A DNA stretch of 63,878 nucleotides from a virus (IMGVR_UViG_3300010429_001387:64001-127878); one strand, 5' to 3'; positions 10,852 to 20,119 are shown, counted from the first letter of the stretch. Numbers and translations are program-made. Notes: generated by a model not told the origin, from the sequence alone.

Positions 10852-11373
10852 TTAACTAAGCATCTTTTCAAATATTGATTGTTTCACACGTTTTTCATCT
10901 TGAAATGTGAGGCCTAACTGTTTGCGAATTACTGCTGTATGTGAAATTGTATTTGTTGTCGGTCTGTCTAACCACAACTCAATATATTCTCTCTCGAGTT
11001 GTGTTAATGTGTTGTAACGCTCTTCCATTAACAATATATCAATGGGTGAAGGTATTGGGCAATCAGGAATATAAGAAGGTGTAAAGATTTCATTATCTTC
11101 TTCTATCTCCAGAGGCTTATTGTTCAAGTGCCGACACGACTTGTCGATTAAGTCCATGAATTTAGAGCACACTGCCTGATATATGTATGTCCTAACCGAT
11201 GTACCTTTCGATGGATCATACCATCTTTGCATTGCAACAATTGCTCTTAAGCATCCCTCTTGATAAAAATCTTCAATGGAAAGTATTGTTGGTTTAGGAA
11301 CTTTATAATATGCGTAACTCGCCATGTCTTGTATCAAGTCAGAAAAGTCATTGATGATTTCTTGTGGAGTCAT
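10852..11373 (-). CDS. phage sigma-70-family sigma factor (small, region 2 plus degenerate region 4)
   Basis: EDFYQEGCLRAIVAMQRWYDPSKGTSVRTYIYQAV matches region 2; C-terminal HTH-like IRKQLGLT. Confidence 0.75.
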   Translation of the reverse strand: MTPQEIINDFSDLIQDMASYAYYKVPKPTILSIEDFYQEGCLRAIVAMQRWYDPSKGTSVRTYIYQAVCSKFMDLIDKSCRHLNNKPLEIEEDNEIFTPSYIPDCPIPSPIDILLMEERYNTLTQLEREYIELWLDRPTTNTISHTAVIRKQLGLTFQDEKRVKQSIFEKMLS

Positions 11374-11383
11374 TTAGGTTCCT

Positions 11384-11701
11384 TTAAGGTTTAAACAATT
11401 GTAAACGAACAATATCTTCAATATCATCCTTTACAAAAGTTGTTTCAATTACAACAGATTCTTCTAAGGCTTTGAAGTAGTGTATTGTTCCAGGAGGGAT
11501 TTCTAACACCGCATCTGTTAACAATGTTTTCTCAAAACCATGAGCCCAAATTGTTATTTTCCCACTAATAACATAGAATTTGTTGTATTTTGATCTATGG
11601 AAATGATAAGAGCATTCACCCCCTGCATTAATATGTAATACAGAAACACTGCAACTATCATTTCGAAAGATTTCCGTTACTTCACCCCAATTCTTTTTCA
11701 T
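11384..11701 (-). CDS. cupin-domain protein
   Basis: CSYHFHRSKYNKFYVISG...IPPGTIHYF. Confidence 0.75.
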   Translation of the reverse strand: MKKNWGEVTEIFRNDSCSVSVLHINAGGECSYHFHRSKYNKFYVISGKITIWAHGFEKTLLTDAVLEIPPGTIHYFKALEESVVIETTFVKDDIEDIVRLQLFKP

Positions 11702-11711
11702 GTGTTTGTCT

Positions 11712-12068
11712 TCACTTTGAATTTAAATAGTCAAACTCCTTGTGGAACTGCTCCCAGAAGATGCTTCGGATTTGACGAGTAGTTTTCTGATTAATAAAAA
11801 AGGTAGCTGCCAATGAACTTAACGCTCGAGTAAATGCAAGCTTCTTACCTACAAACTTGCTGTATTGATCCTTTGGATTTTGATAAGCATAGCCGAGGCT
11901 AACCAGCAACTTTCCTTCAGGACACAATTGAAAGATTTTGCACACAGTATTAATGGTGTTTTGATTCTCTGAATGATCCTTAATAAACTGTACCTGGAAC
12001 TTACCAACATTTCCTACTTCGACGATCATGATCTTTCTCCTAATAAGTAACGTTTTCGGTTGCTTCAC
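11712..12068 (-). CDS. hypothetical phage protein (start probably internal, MIVEVGN)
   Basis: tiled ORF. Confidence 0.5.
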   Translation of the reverse strand: MKQPKTLLIRRKIMIVEVGNVGKFQVQFIKDHSENQNTINTVCKIFQLCPEGKLLVSLGYAYQNPKDQYSKFVGKKLAFTRALSSLAATFFINQKTTRQIRSIFWEQFHKEFDYLNSK

Positions 12069-12386
12069 CCCAATATTTAATTTCTGTATATGTCAAAAAT
12101 TCTTTGTTTTCTTCGACCCACTTAATTGCTTCTTCTTCAGTTTCTGCTTTTACTAAAGTCGTAAATGTAACTTTCCACCATTTTGGTCGCATAAATACAG
12201 TTCCTTAAAATTAGTTTCGGTCATGAGGTATTACACAACAAATAAATGCCGCTACTCCATATATGGAGGCACAAATTGCCCTTGTATTTACATCTAATGT
12301 TGAAATTGGAGGAAGGTCTTGAGCAAATACCGCAAAACTAATAAAACATGTAACTGCAAACACAATCTTCATATGTTTCTCCTTTA

Positions 12387-13565
12387 TCAACCTTTTAAAA
12401 CCGCAATCGGTTCAAGTTCAACAATTGGTGTAACAAGATCCTTCTGATTCTCCATAACAATATCAATAGATTTGTATGCTCCAGGAGCCTCATCTAAATC
12501 AGAAGCATTCCGCATTCCATGGATAATTCCCTTAGCATCCATTGCAGCCTTTTCTGTATCCAAATCCAAACATTCCTTAGCTTTAGATCGAGACATAGTT
12601 CGTCCAGCACCATGCGAACAAGACATGAAAGATTCAGGATTTCCCAGACCTTCCACAATATACGATTTTGTTCCTTGCGATCCTGGAATTATTCCGATTT
12701 CTCCCAATCGAACTCGTGTGGCTCCTTTACGATGCACCATCACATTCTTACCAAAATGATGTTCCATTGCTGCATAATTGTGAGCAATATCAATGGGCTC
12801 AGCAAATCGAATTTCCTTAAATTCGTTTTGAAGAATATCTTTGATCAAATTCATCATCCTTTTTCGATTTGCTTTAGCAAATTCAACACACCACATCATT
12901 TCTTGCATATAATCATATCCTTGATCCGAAGACAATGGCAAGAATGCAAGTTGATGATGCTTAGGAACACTTGTTTTCCATAATTGATTCATGTTTATAG
13001 CAAGCTGGTTGTAAAACTGAGCAACCTTATACCCCACATTTCGAGAACCAGAATGCAGCATGATCCAAATGTATCCATCAGAACCCTTTTGCAATTCCAG
13101 GAAGTGGTTGCCTCCTCCGAGTGTGCCCAGCTGATATCTTGCATTATCAAACTCTTGCGTTACAATTGTCAAACCCATTTCTGGAAAACATACTGGGAGC
13201 AAAGTATCTGGCAGTATTTCTTTATGATGCTCTCTACCCATGGGAATTACGTCTCGAATCCTTCCGATAATGTTCTTCCAAATCCATGAAACTCCAGCAT
13301 ACTCCTCCACCGAAAGTGATGTTTTTACAGCACACATTCCACAGCCAATGTCAACTCCAACAGCATTAGGAATAACAACATCTTGTGTAGCAAGAACACC
13401 CCCAATAGGCATTCCATAACCCGAATGACAATCAGGCATCAGAGCAATATGCTTAAATGCAAACGGAAGCTGTGCCAGATTATATGCTTGCTGCATAGCT
13501 TCTGGTTCAACTTCATCAAACCACATTTTGATTGGCAACATATTTTGATGTGCTTCAACTCTCAT
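12387..13565 (-). CDS. rtcB: RtcB 3'-phosphate/5'-OH RNA ligase
   Basis: MPDCH, GVDIGCG, GTLGGGNHF, HSGSR, HRKGA, SHGAGR, DEAPGAYK all intact. Confidence 0.95.
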   Translation of the reverse strand: MRVEAHQNMLPIKMWFDEVEPEAMQQAYNLAQLPFAFKHIALMPDCHSGYGMPIGGVLATQDVVIPNAVGVDIGCGMCAVKTSLSVEEYAGVSWIWKNIIGRIRDVIPMGREHHKEILPDTLLPVCFPEMGLTIVTQEFDNARYQLGTLGGGNHFLELQKGSDGYIWIMLHSGSRNVGYKVAQFYNQLAINMNQLWKTSVPKHHQLAFLPLSSDQGYDYMQEMMWCVEFAKANRKRMMNLIKDILQNEFKEIRFAEPIDIAHNYAAMEHHFGKNVMVHRKGATRVRLGEIGIIPGSQGTKSYIVEGLGNPESFMSCSHGAGRTMSRSKAKECLDLDTEKAAMDAKGIIHGMRNASDLDEAPGAYKSIDIVMENQKDLVTPIVELEPIAVLKG

Positions 13566-13620
13566 TACTCATCCCATCCATAAATTGGAAATGTAGTTCA
13601 AAAACAATTGGTGACCGTTC

Positions 13621-13806
13621 TTACTTGAAACACACACTATTGAATTTCTTTTCCGGATACTCGGCAAGAATGTATTTGGTATGCCACATGTGTTCTTCGC
13701 TTTTGGAAACGGTGTATTGATGCCCAATCGTTAACAATGATCGCGGGTCATCGCAACTTCCCCACCTAACTTGTTCATCTGAACATCCAACGTATGTAAC
13801 TTTCAT
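13621..13806 (-). CDS. small hypothetical protein
   Basis: AGGA RBS; 61 aa. Confidence 0.5.
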   Translation of the reverse strand: MKVTYVGCSDEQVRWGSCDDPRSLLTIGHQYTVSKSEEHMWHTKYILAEYPEKKFNSVCFK

Positions 13807-13844
13807 TGACTATTCCTTAAAATGGGTTGCTATTTTTTCTATAT

Positions 13845-13917
13845 TACCCCAGGATGGATTCGAACCATCACTAAACGAGGCTTAAACTCGTTGCCTCTGC
13901 CGTTGGGCTACTGGGGC
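13845..13917 (-). tRNA. tRNA-Leu(UAA), short variable loop, no encoded CCA
   Basis: GCCCCAG/CTGGGGT acceptor; ACGAG-TTTAAGC-CTCGT anticodon arm; GATGG-TTCGAAT-CCATC T arm; discriminator A. Confidence 0.9.
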
Positions 13918-13927
13918 ATTTCAAGAA

Positions 13928-13970
13928 GGTTTCTCTTATACTTAAAGTATACCCTATAGTTTGAGAAACC
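13928..13970 (-). promoter_or_regulatory. 43-bp promoter/inverted-repeat element, copy A
   Basis: GGTTTCTC-N27-GAGAAACC containing TTTTGG-N17-TATACT. Confidence 0.75.
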
Positions 13971-14129
13971 AAAATGGAAAAATGTAAGTTGGTTATTTTA
14001 CACATTCCTTAACCAAATTAACAATCCACAACACACCTTCACGAACTGTATCCCAACCTACAACAGATACCAGGACACCAATTATGAAACCTTCAATTAG
14101 ACGGATCATACATATGTTCCTGAGATTCA

Positions 14130-15895
14130 TCAAGGCTTTTCTGTCGGAGCAGCAGCAATAACCAATTGCAAGACTTTCCTGCGAAACTCGAGCAAATTAG
14201 GCTCGGAATTTCCCAAATCCAAAATTGCAATTTGAGTATCAGTCAGCTGTTGCACTCTCTGAACCAGCTGGATTTCCGATTCTAAATGCTGAATCAACTG
14301 ACTTCGGAGGTCCTGAATTTCGTTGTATTCGAGATCATTCATTTTTAGTCTCCACAAGTTTGACCATTAAAAAATCCAAATTCCGAGTTCAATTCACCAT
14401 ACTCTTTGATTAGCTCAAGAGTAATATTACCACGAGCAAACATGTCTTCTAATTGACGAATTTCCTTTTCAACCACTGAACAATAGAGGGGTGTATCACT
14501 ATCCTCAAAGTAGATAATATACACTATAGACCAAGGGCCAGAATGCTCCTCTAAGATCTTTTTAATCTTTCTAAAAACCATGCTATACTCCGATTCAACA
14601 AGATCTTTTTAACTGTGTTTATCTTTCCAATACTTACAAACAAAGCACTTTGGAGGCTTAAAACCACTGTCAAGAAAATGCACCATACCGTCGTTAATCA
14701 TTTTCCGGATCCGATGATTGAGGCAGTTTTTCCCCGTCCCAAAAGTTCGCTTGTAATGCTTACAATTCTCACATTGTTTTCTGGACATGTTAATAACCTC
14801 CTACCAGATGAGTTCCACAAGTTCTTCATATTCTGAAACAACTTCTAACAGCCCACCAGAATGTCCTCTGCTCCAGGCCAACTCCCACAGCAAATCAGCC
14901 TTAGGATGTCCAGCTGTTACAAAATCCTCCTCAACAGCCTCCTTGAAACGCTTAAAAGCTTCGGCCGATCCCCGACGATAGGCATCAAGCTCTTTCCGAC
15001 GATCTTCCTTGTTTGAAACCGGATACGAAACTTTGTTGTCAAATTCACCAGCATTAATTCTATCTCTAAGACTGTTCATCAGCTTCTTCCTCAACGATAT
15101 CAATCGTGTTCTTAATAAAATTATCAACAGTACCCCAAAGCGAAACCAAAAGATTCTCAGCTTCGGCTTCCGAAATTTCGTTTGCATCTACCATATCCAC
15201 AACAGTTTGAGTCAAAATCCAACGATCTTCTTGGCTGTATTCTTCCATTTTAGTTTTTCCTTATTTAAAGTGCACCTTCAAGTTAATTCTCCGGGATCAA
15301 TGAGCATTCAATATCCAAACACCATTTTCGACATGATCCAATGTCCAAAAGCATCCCTGCCCATACTCACGTTCCCAATAAATAGCTCCACCCATCATGA
15401 GGAGTAGTCGCTGCCGAGTGTAAAAAATGCCAGGATTAACTCGGATTTGATTCATTTTTGACCCTTTTTCAGAAGTTTTAATTTTCACCCTATACTTATA
15501 GTATACCCCATAATTTATAAAAGCCAAATGAAAAATTAAGAAAATTTTTGAAATACGAGTTTTGATGTGAGGTAATATATGATTTAACCACAATAGGTAA
15601 ATATGTATGTTTTAATTTCAGTTAGGTACTCTTCTAATCCAACAGAAATTAAGTATTCTTGAATTTCTTGCTCTGATTTTTCCGATGTCAATGGAAGTTC
15701 TCGATTTTCAATATAATCTTCCGAAAGAATTACACAACCTACAAAAATATATGGAGTATATTCATCACCTTCGATAATACCCAAATCCCCCGTATTTGGT
15801 ATACATGGACTATAATGATCTTCTTCCCAATCTAAGAATTTCTTATTTCTTGGCAAACAGACACCACGTACAATATATGTTGTGTTAGTCATCAT
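14130..15895 (-). other. run of small hypothetical ORFs (14130-14357, 14345-14581, 14801-15079, 15066-15248, 15297-15593, 15584-15895)
   Basis: tiled minus-strand ORFs with RBS. Confidence 0.5.
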
Positions 15896-15911
15896 TCATT
15901 TCTCCTTTCAA

Positions 15912-15999
15912 CGGATGGTGCAGGAGTCGAACCTGCAAGGCTGTGTTAGAGCTCGACGGTTTTCAAAACCGCTACCATCTCCCATTGGTTTGACCATCC
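15912..15999 (-). tRNA. tRNA-Ser(UGA), long variable arm
   Basis: GGATGGT/ACCATCC acceptor; GCGGT-TTTGAAA-ACCGT; GCAGG-TTCGACT-CCTGC; discriminator G. Confidence 0.88.
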
Positions 16000-16000
16000 T

Positions 16001-16195
16001 CTACTTATCACCCAGAAGTATTTTACCTAATTTGGGGTCTATAGGTTGAACGTTAGCCAATTCATTCAATGTTAACTTTGGCAACGGTGCTTCTATTTTA
16101 GGAAGCGTAAATCCCCGACGTAGAAACCAAAAGAATCTCCATTTAATAACTAATCTCTGCCACCAACTAAGTTTTGGCAAATCAGGGTGAAACAT
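16001..16195 (-). CDS. small hypothetical protein
   Basis: GGAG RBS. Confidence 0.45.
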   Translation of the reverse strand: MFHPDLPKLSWWQRLVIKWRFFWFLRRGFTLPKIEAPLPKLTLNELANVQPIDPKLGKILLGDK

Positions 16196-16216
16196 CGTTT
16201 GTCTCCAAGGAAGAAA

Positions 16217-16603
16217 TCATTGAACCGGCTCAACCTTAATAATAAATGGGTAGGATTGAAACAAAAATCCAACTCGTTTGTTCCCCTTCACCGTTAACGT
16301 ATAAACCTTATTAATTTCCAACCTTCCGTAGATTTCATCAGCATTCCACAACCAAAGCCAAAAACTGTTATCTACTTCAAATGTGCCTTGATCTGTCGAT
16401 ACCATGTAATTTGTGCGGGTCTCTTTTCCACTCTTGCTGACATCAACATGCTTGTTAAGAACAGTACAAGTAATTGTCTTTGTTGGTCCAAATGGAGCCA
16501 AGCCAAGAATTGGATCCATACCAATCACTGCAATCATAAGAACAAACGGGAACAATACTAGCAAACCTAACAACATGAGCAACGTGTTTCTTTTACGATA
16601 CAT
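16217..16603 (-). CDS. membrane-anchored beta-rich protein (DUF1523-like)
   Basis: N-terminal TM helix; YMVSTDQGTFEVDNSFWL...ADEIYGRL. Confidence 0.5.
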   Translation of the reverse strand: MYRKRNTLLMLLGLLVLFPFVLMIAVIGMDPILGLAPFGPTKTITCTVLNKHVDVSKSGKETRTNYMVSTDQGTFEVDNSFWLWLWNADEIYGRLEINKVYTLTVKGNKRVGFLFQSYPFIIKVEPVQ

Positions 16604-16639
16604 TGTTCTTTCTCCTAAATTTAAAGTTAAGAATTCTTA

Positions 16640-16891
16640 TTACTTCTTACCATATTCCCTATAGAATTTTCTCTTGTTAACCTTTTGAATTGAACCTCTC
16701 CGAGGAAGTTTGAAATTAGGAAATTGCTTTTTGAAATCAGTTATCTTAAAAACAATAGCACAACTCAGCATACGGTCATTTCCAACCCAAAATCCATCTG
16801 GACGTAATTTACATGTAATTCCATGCTTCCAAAAGCAAATCCAATCATATCGACCAGGTTCATTAATAGGCTTATCTCTTGTAATATACAT
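16640..16891 (-). CDS. hypothetical protein
   Basis: AGGAG RBS. Confidence 0.5.
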   Translation of the reverse strand: MYITRDKPINEPGRYDWICFWKHGITCKLRPDGFWVGNDRMLSCAIVFKITDFKKQFPNFKLPRRGSIQKVNKRKFYREYGKK

Positions 16892-16933
16892 TGTTCTTTC
16901 TCCTCAAAAATAGTAATATTGAATTTTAACAAA

Positions 16934-17006
16934 AGCCACAGGAAGGATTCGAACCTTCAACCCCTGCTTTACAAGAGCAGAGCTCTGCCAATTGAGCTAC
17001 TGTGGC
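16934..17006 (-). tRNA. tRNA-Thr(UGU)
   Basis: GCCACAG/CTGTGGC; CTGCT-CTTGTAA-AGCAG; GAAGG-TTCGAAT-CCTTC. Confidence 0.92.
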
Positions 17007-17008
17007 AA

Positions 17009-17094
17009 TGCCAGTTGAGGGTATCGAACCCACTAGGTCCCTTTCGGGAACCAGATTTACAGTCTGGGTCGCCTCCTTAACGAGCTACACTGGC
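17009..17094 (-). tRNA. tRNA-Tyr(GUA), long variable arm
   Basis: GCCAGT acceptor stem; CCAGA-CTGTAAA-TCTGG; variable hairpin TCCC-GAAA-GGGA. Confidence 0.88.
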
Positions 17095-17105
17095 AAACTA
17101 TGAAA

Positions 17106-17178
17106 TGCTCTTAGTAGGATTCGAACCTACACTAATCTGGTTCTAAGCCAGACGCCTCTGCCGTTGGGCTACAAGAGC
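17106..17178 (-). tRNA. tRNA-Leu(UAG), short variable loop
   Basis: GCTCTTG/TAAGAGC; TCTGG-CTTAGAA-CCAGA; GTAGG-TTCGAAT-CCTAC; discriminator A. Confidence 0.9.
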
Positions 17179-17200
17179 AATTTATGTTGATATTGTATAA

Positions 17201-17273
17201 TGGGGGCACTGGGACTTGAACCCAGGACCTACGCATTAAAAGTGCGTTGCTCTACCAACTGAGCTACACCCCC
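17201..17273 (-). tRNA. tRNA-Lys(UUU)
   Basis: GGGGGTG/TGCCCCC; ACGCA-CTTTTAA-TGCGT; CTGGG-TTCAAGT-CCCAG. Confidence 0.92.
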
Positions 17274-17279
17274 AAGATT

Positions 17280-17800
17280 TCACAAACTAACTGCTACTTC
17301 TTCCAAATGATCCTCGAGCCAACATTTCCAACCAGCATCACTTGGGAATCCTGACCCATCAAGACTTAAATCATCCTGTTGAGTTCGAATAAACATTCGA
17401 TGCTCACCAAGTGGCCCCATTTCAGCAATATGCATATTGTATTTTAAACACAGTGCTCTGTATTCTCTAAAGAAACCTGTTTTATCTATAGTTCTTCTTT
17501 TACTCATTTTACTGCCCCAACTCCTGCAATTCCTCGTCAATCATACATTCTAATACGGTTTTGCAGAATCTCAACTTTCTTTTCCAACCAAACAATATAT
17601 CTCTCTTGAAGCATTCCCCACCATTGAGGTTCACTACTATCAAAAGTATCAGCAATTGCACTTAGTTTCTTTCCAAATTCTGTGGGAAAAATTCCGTGCT
17701 TACGAAAATACTTATAGGCAGCAAAATGTTCTGGGTCGTCAAAATTGAACCAATCCCAAAAATATTGCTTTTGCTTAGTTGTCATTTTGGATCTCCTCAA
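17280..17800 (-). other. two small hypothetical ORFs (17280-17540, 17537-~17785)
   Basis: downstream of element copy B; GAGGAGATCCAAAATG start. Confidence 0.5.
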
Positions 17801-17802
17801 AA

Positions 17803-17845
17803 GGTTTCTCTTATACTTAAATTATAACTTATAATTAGAGAAACC
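17803..17845 (-). promoter_or_regulatory. 43-bp promoter/inverted-repeat element, copy B
   Basis: GGTTTCTC-N27-GAGAAACC containing TTTTGG-N17-TATAAT. Confidence 0.75.
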
Positions 17846-17856
17846 AAAATGGAAAA

Positions 17857-18234
17857 TTATAAATCTTGTTGCTTTTCCTCAAAATCAAACAATTCGTTCA
17901 TAACCTCATTGATGCTTACGTATTCAAACCCATTCCACAACATCAGATGGATTCGCACAACTAATGAAACTCTGGTATCAATATCAGCACCAAATTTAAA
18001 GATTCCGGCATTAAACATCTTCGCGAATTCATCTTCTAATGACTCAACATCATTTAGTTCCGGAAAGATTTCTCTATGCTCTTGCAGGAAATGATCTCGT
18101 GCATCAATGAACAGTCTTCCAAATGTGGATTGAGAAAACAAATCCTGCAATGGTTTCTGAGGCTTAGGAGGAGATTTTGTCCCTTCCTCCGTTTTCAATG
18201 CATATTGAGCATAGTATTGAAAGATGTTTAACAT
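17857..18234 (-). CDS. hypothetical protein
   Basis: 125 aa; stop abuts element copy B. Confidence 0.55.
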   Translation of the reverse strand: MLNIFQYYAQYALKTEEGTKSPPKPQKPLQDLFSQSTFGRLFIDARDHFLQEHREIFPELNDVESLEDEFAKMFNAGIFKFGADIDTRVSLVVRIHLMLWNGFEYVSINEVMNELFDFEEKQQDL

Positions 18235-18240
18235 TCTTGC

Positions 18241-18495
18241 CTACCAAGGAATCTCATCATCACAAGGATCGAAATCATCTTCATCCCAATCTTCATCAAC
18301 ATCCTGCATCCAATCTTCAACAGTAGTATTCAGCCAATCTTCATCATCCTCCTCATCTTCTTCCCAATCATCTGGTGCACATTCAACACACAGTTCTTCA
18401 TAATGATTAAAACAATCAGCACAAACCATGGCACCACAATTCATACAATCAAACAATTCATCAACCATCTCTTCACAAAATTCACACTTAAACAT
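18241..18495 (-). CDS. 4xCxxC Zn-finger protein with acidic tail ending DDEIPW
   Basis: GGAGG RBS before ATG 18495; CEFC, CMNC, CADC, CVEC; D/E-rich C-terminal half. Confidence 0.7.
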   Translation of the reverse strand: MFKCEFCEEMVDELFDCMNCGAMVCADCFNHYEELCVECAPDDWEEDEEDDEDWLNTTVEDWMQDVDEDWDEDDFDPCDDEIPW

Positions 18496-18637
18496 ATTTA
18501 GTCCTCCCAAACAATTATTGTGTGATTGCCATTAATCAATTCTTGGCACTGCACGTCAATAAATTTCACCATCTCCTCTTCCGTTTCAACTCTACGGAGA
18601 GAAATATCAAAACCTCGCTTATACTTATCTCTATATG

Positions 18638-19414
18638 TTATCTGGAACATTCGTTTCGCCAAGTTTTAATGATTTCGATGGAAAGATCGTCAATCTTTTC
18701 CCAATCAACAGTTGCTGGTAACGTTGATTTTACATACGCTTCATGAGCTAAGGTCAACAATCGATTTGACTCTTCTAAAACTTTCTCTAACGACCATTCT
18801 CCTCTTTTAATAGCTACTAATTCTTCAGCATCTGGACGAAAAACATGCAGTTGACCTTCTAGTAGAAATTCAATTCCCATTCTCAAAAGTCGAATTGCAT
18901 GAGCCCCATTTTTACAATCCCACCCAAACTTTTCCACCAATTGTTTGCGTTTTGCTCCAAGATAACCCTTACATGGGCTATGTGTCATACGATGAATCTG
19001 ACCATGAGCATAGCCAACAAAACTATGAAAAATTATCTTAGAAGAAAACAAATCTCGATTTTCTAACAGTAATTCTCCTGCTTCAGAAGTTTTGATATAA
19101 TCTTGAGTTCTTAACCACAATAAAGAAAAGATGTTAGGATTGCCTTTGCCAAGCATTCGAAGTGCTTTTCGAATCTCATACAATACAACATCCCATTCAT
19201 TTCTCTTTATCTCTTTGGTACCTCGAGAACCAAATTCTTTAAGACCATAATAATACTGATCCGGAGGCACAACTAAACCAACCACATCAATATCGTCTAC
19301 AGAATTAGGATCTGTATTTGGGCGATAAGTACCATGCGAAATGGATCCCCGATATGCAACTAAAATTGCATGTTGCATTGATTTCGGATCAAGATCATAA
19401 ATTTCACTAAACAT
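18638..19414 (-). CDS. Pol-beta-superfamily nucleotidyltransferase (RlaP / T4 NrdC.11-like)
   Basis: RGSISHG...DDIDVVG (GS plus DxD); GNPNIFSLL; KNGAHAIRLL. Confidence 0.8.
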   Translation of the reverse strand: MFSEIYDLDPKSMQHAILVAYRGSISHGTYRPNTDPNSVDDIDVVGLVVPPDQYYYGLKEFGSRGTKEIKRNEWDVVLYEIRKALRMLGKGNPNIFSLLWLRTQDYIKTSEAGELLLENRDLFSSKIIFHSFVGYAHGQIHRMTHSPCKGYLGAKRKQLVEKFGWDCKNGAHAIRLLRMGIEFLLEGQLHVFRPDAEELVAIKRGEWSLEKVLEESNRLLTLAHEAYVKSTLPATVDWEKIDDLSIEIIKTWRNECSR

Positions 19415-19423
19415 TAACTTTTC

Positions 19424-19609
19424 CTAACCCAAGAGTCTCTTTCCAACTTCAAGCAGTTCAGCAGACTTGACTTGAACATATTGATCCAAATTAACACCAA
19501 TAAATCCAAGCTCAAGTTCACAACGAAAACACAGTGGATGCTTCCCAGAATATTTTGACTTTCCAGAATTTTTCCCACATCGGAGACACTTCATAGTCTC
19601 ATCAATCAT
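19424..19609 (-). CDS. small Zn-ribbon protein
   Basis: CLRC...CFRC. Confidence 0.5.
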   Translation of the reverse strand: MIDETMKCLRCGKNSGKSKYSGKHPLCFRCELELGFIGVNLDQYVQVKSAELLEVGKRLLG

Positions 19610-19621
19610 AATTCTGTCCTT

Positions 19622-19963
19622 TCAAAATGGTGCATGTTCATCACCAGGAAACGGATCAATATACTCAGTTGGGTGACCACGATGTTGTTCCATAGGAAGT
19701 TCTTCGAGATTTTCCTTCCGGTTGTCCAAAACATTTCGATTGATATGATGCACATCCATCCCCGGAGCAGCGTTCATAATCAAACGATGTAATCGAACAG
19801 TTGTATGTTTTCGATTTATGGTTCGTGATGCACAAACATATTCTTTATGAGCCGATTTCTTTAATCGCCAAGAATATTGACAAACAAGAAGATAGTCTTC
19901 GTCATCGATCATAATTTGATCGCTTGAATTTGCTAATTTAATGTACACTGTTTTCTTTTTCAT
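19622..19963 (-). CDS. HNH endonuclease
   Basis: RLHRLIM...DVHHINRNVLDNRKENL. Confidence 0.85.
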   Translation of the reverse strand: MKKKTVYIKLANSSDQIMIDDEDYLLVCQYSWRLKKSAHKEYVCASRTINRKHTTVRLHRLIMNAAPGMDVHHINRNVLDNRKENLEELPMEQHRGHPTEYIDPFPGDEHAPF

Positions 19964-20119
19964 TCCTGAGGTTCAATTAGTTTAATGAACTTTCGACAAT
20001 GATGGCATTGTGAATCAGAACCAATTTTCGGAGTTGGGAAAAATGGAACATTATAATGTCCACATTCCGGACATTTGAAATAATGATATGATCCCATCCC
20101 AGTTGTTTGCTTCTTGTAT

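Noticed and set aside
12472-13289. Plus-strand ORFs of 95-154 aa over rtcB, and similar shadows elsewhere
   Set aside because: Antisense to well-conserved genes, with no recognisable domains
13845-17178. Anticodons TAA, TAG and TGA read like stop codons, suggesting suppressor tRNAs
   Set aside because: They decode TTA, CTA and TCA (Leu, Leu, Ser); suppressors would have TTA, CTA or TCA anticodons
18611-18630. CTTATACTT half-site resembling the promoter element
   Set aside because: Lies inside a small minus-strand ORF and lacks the TTTGG box and outer arms
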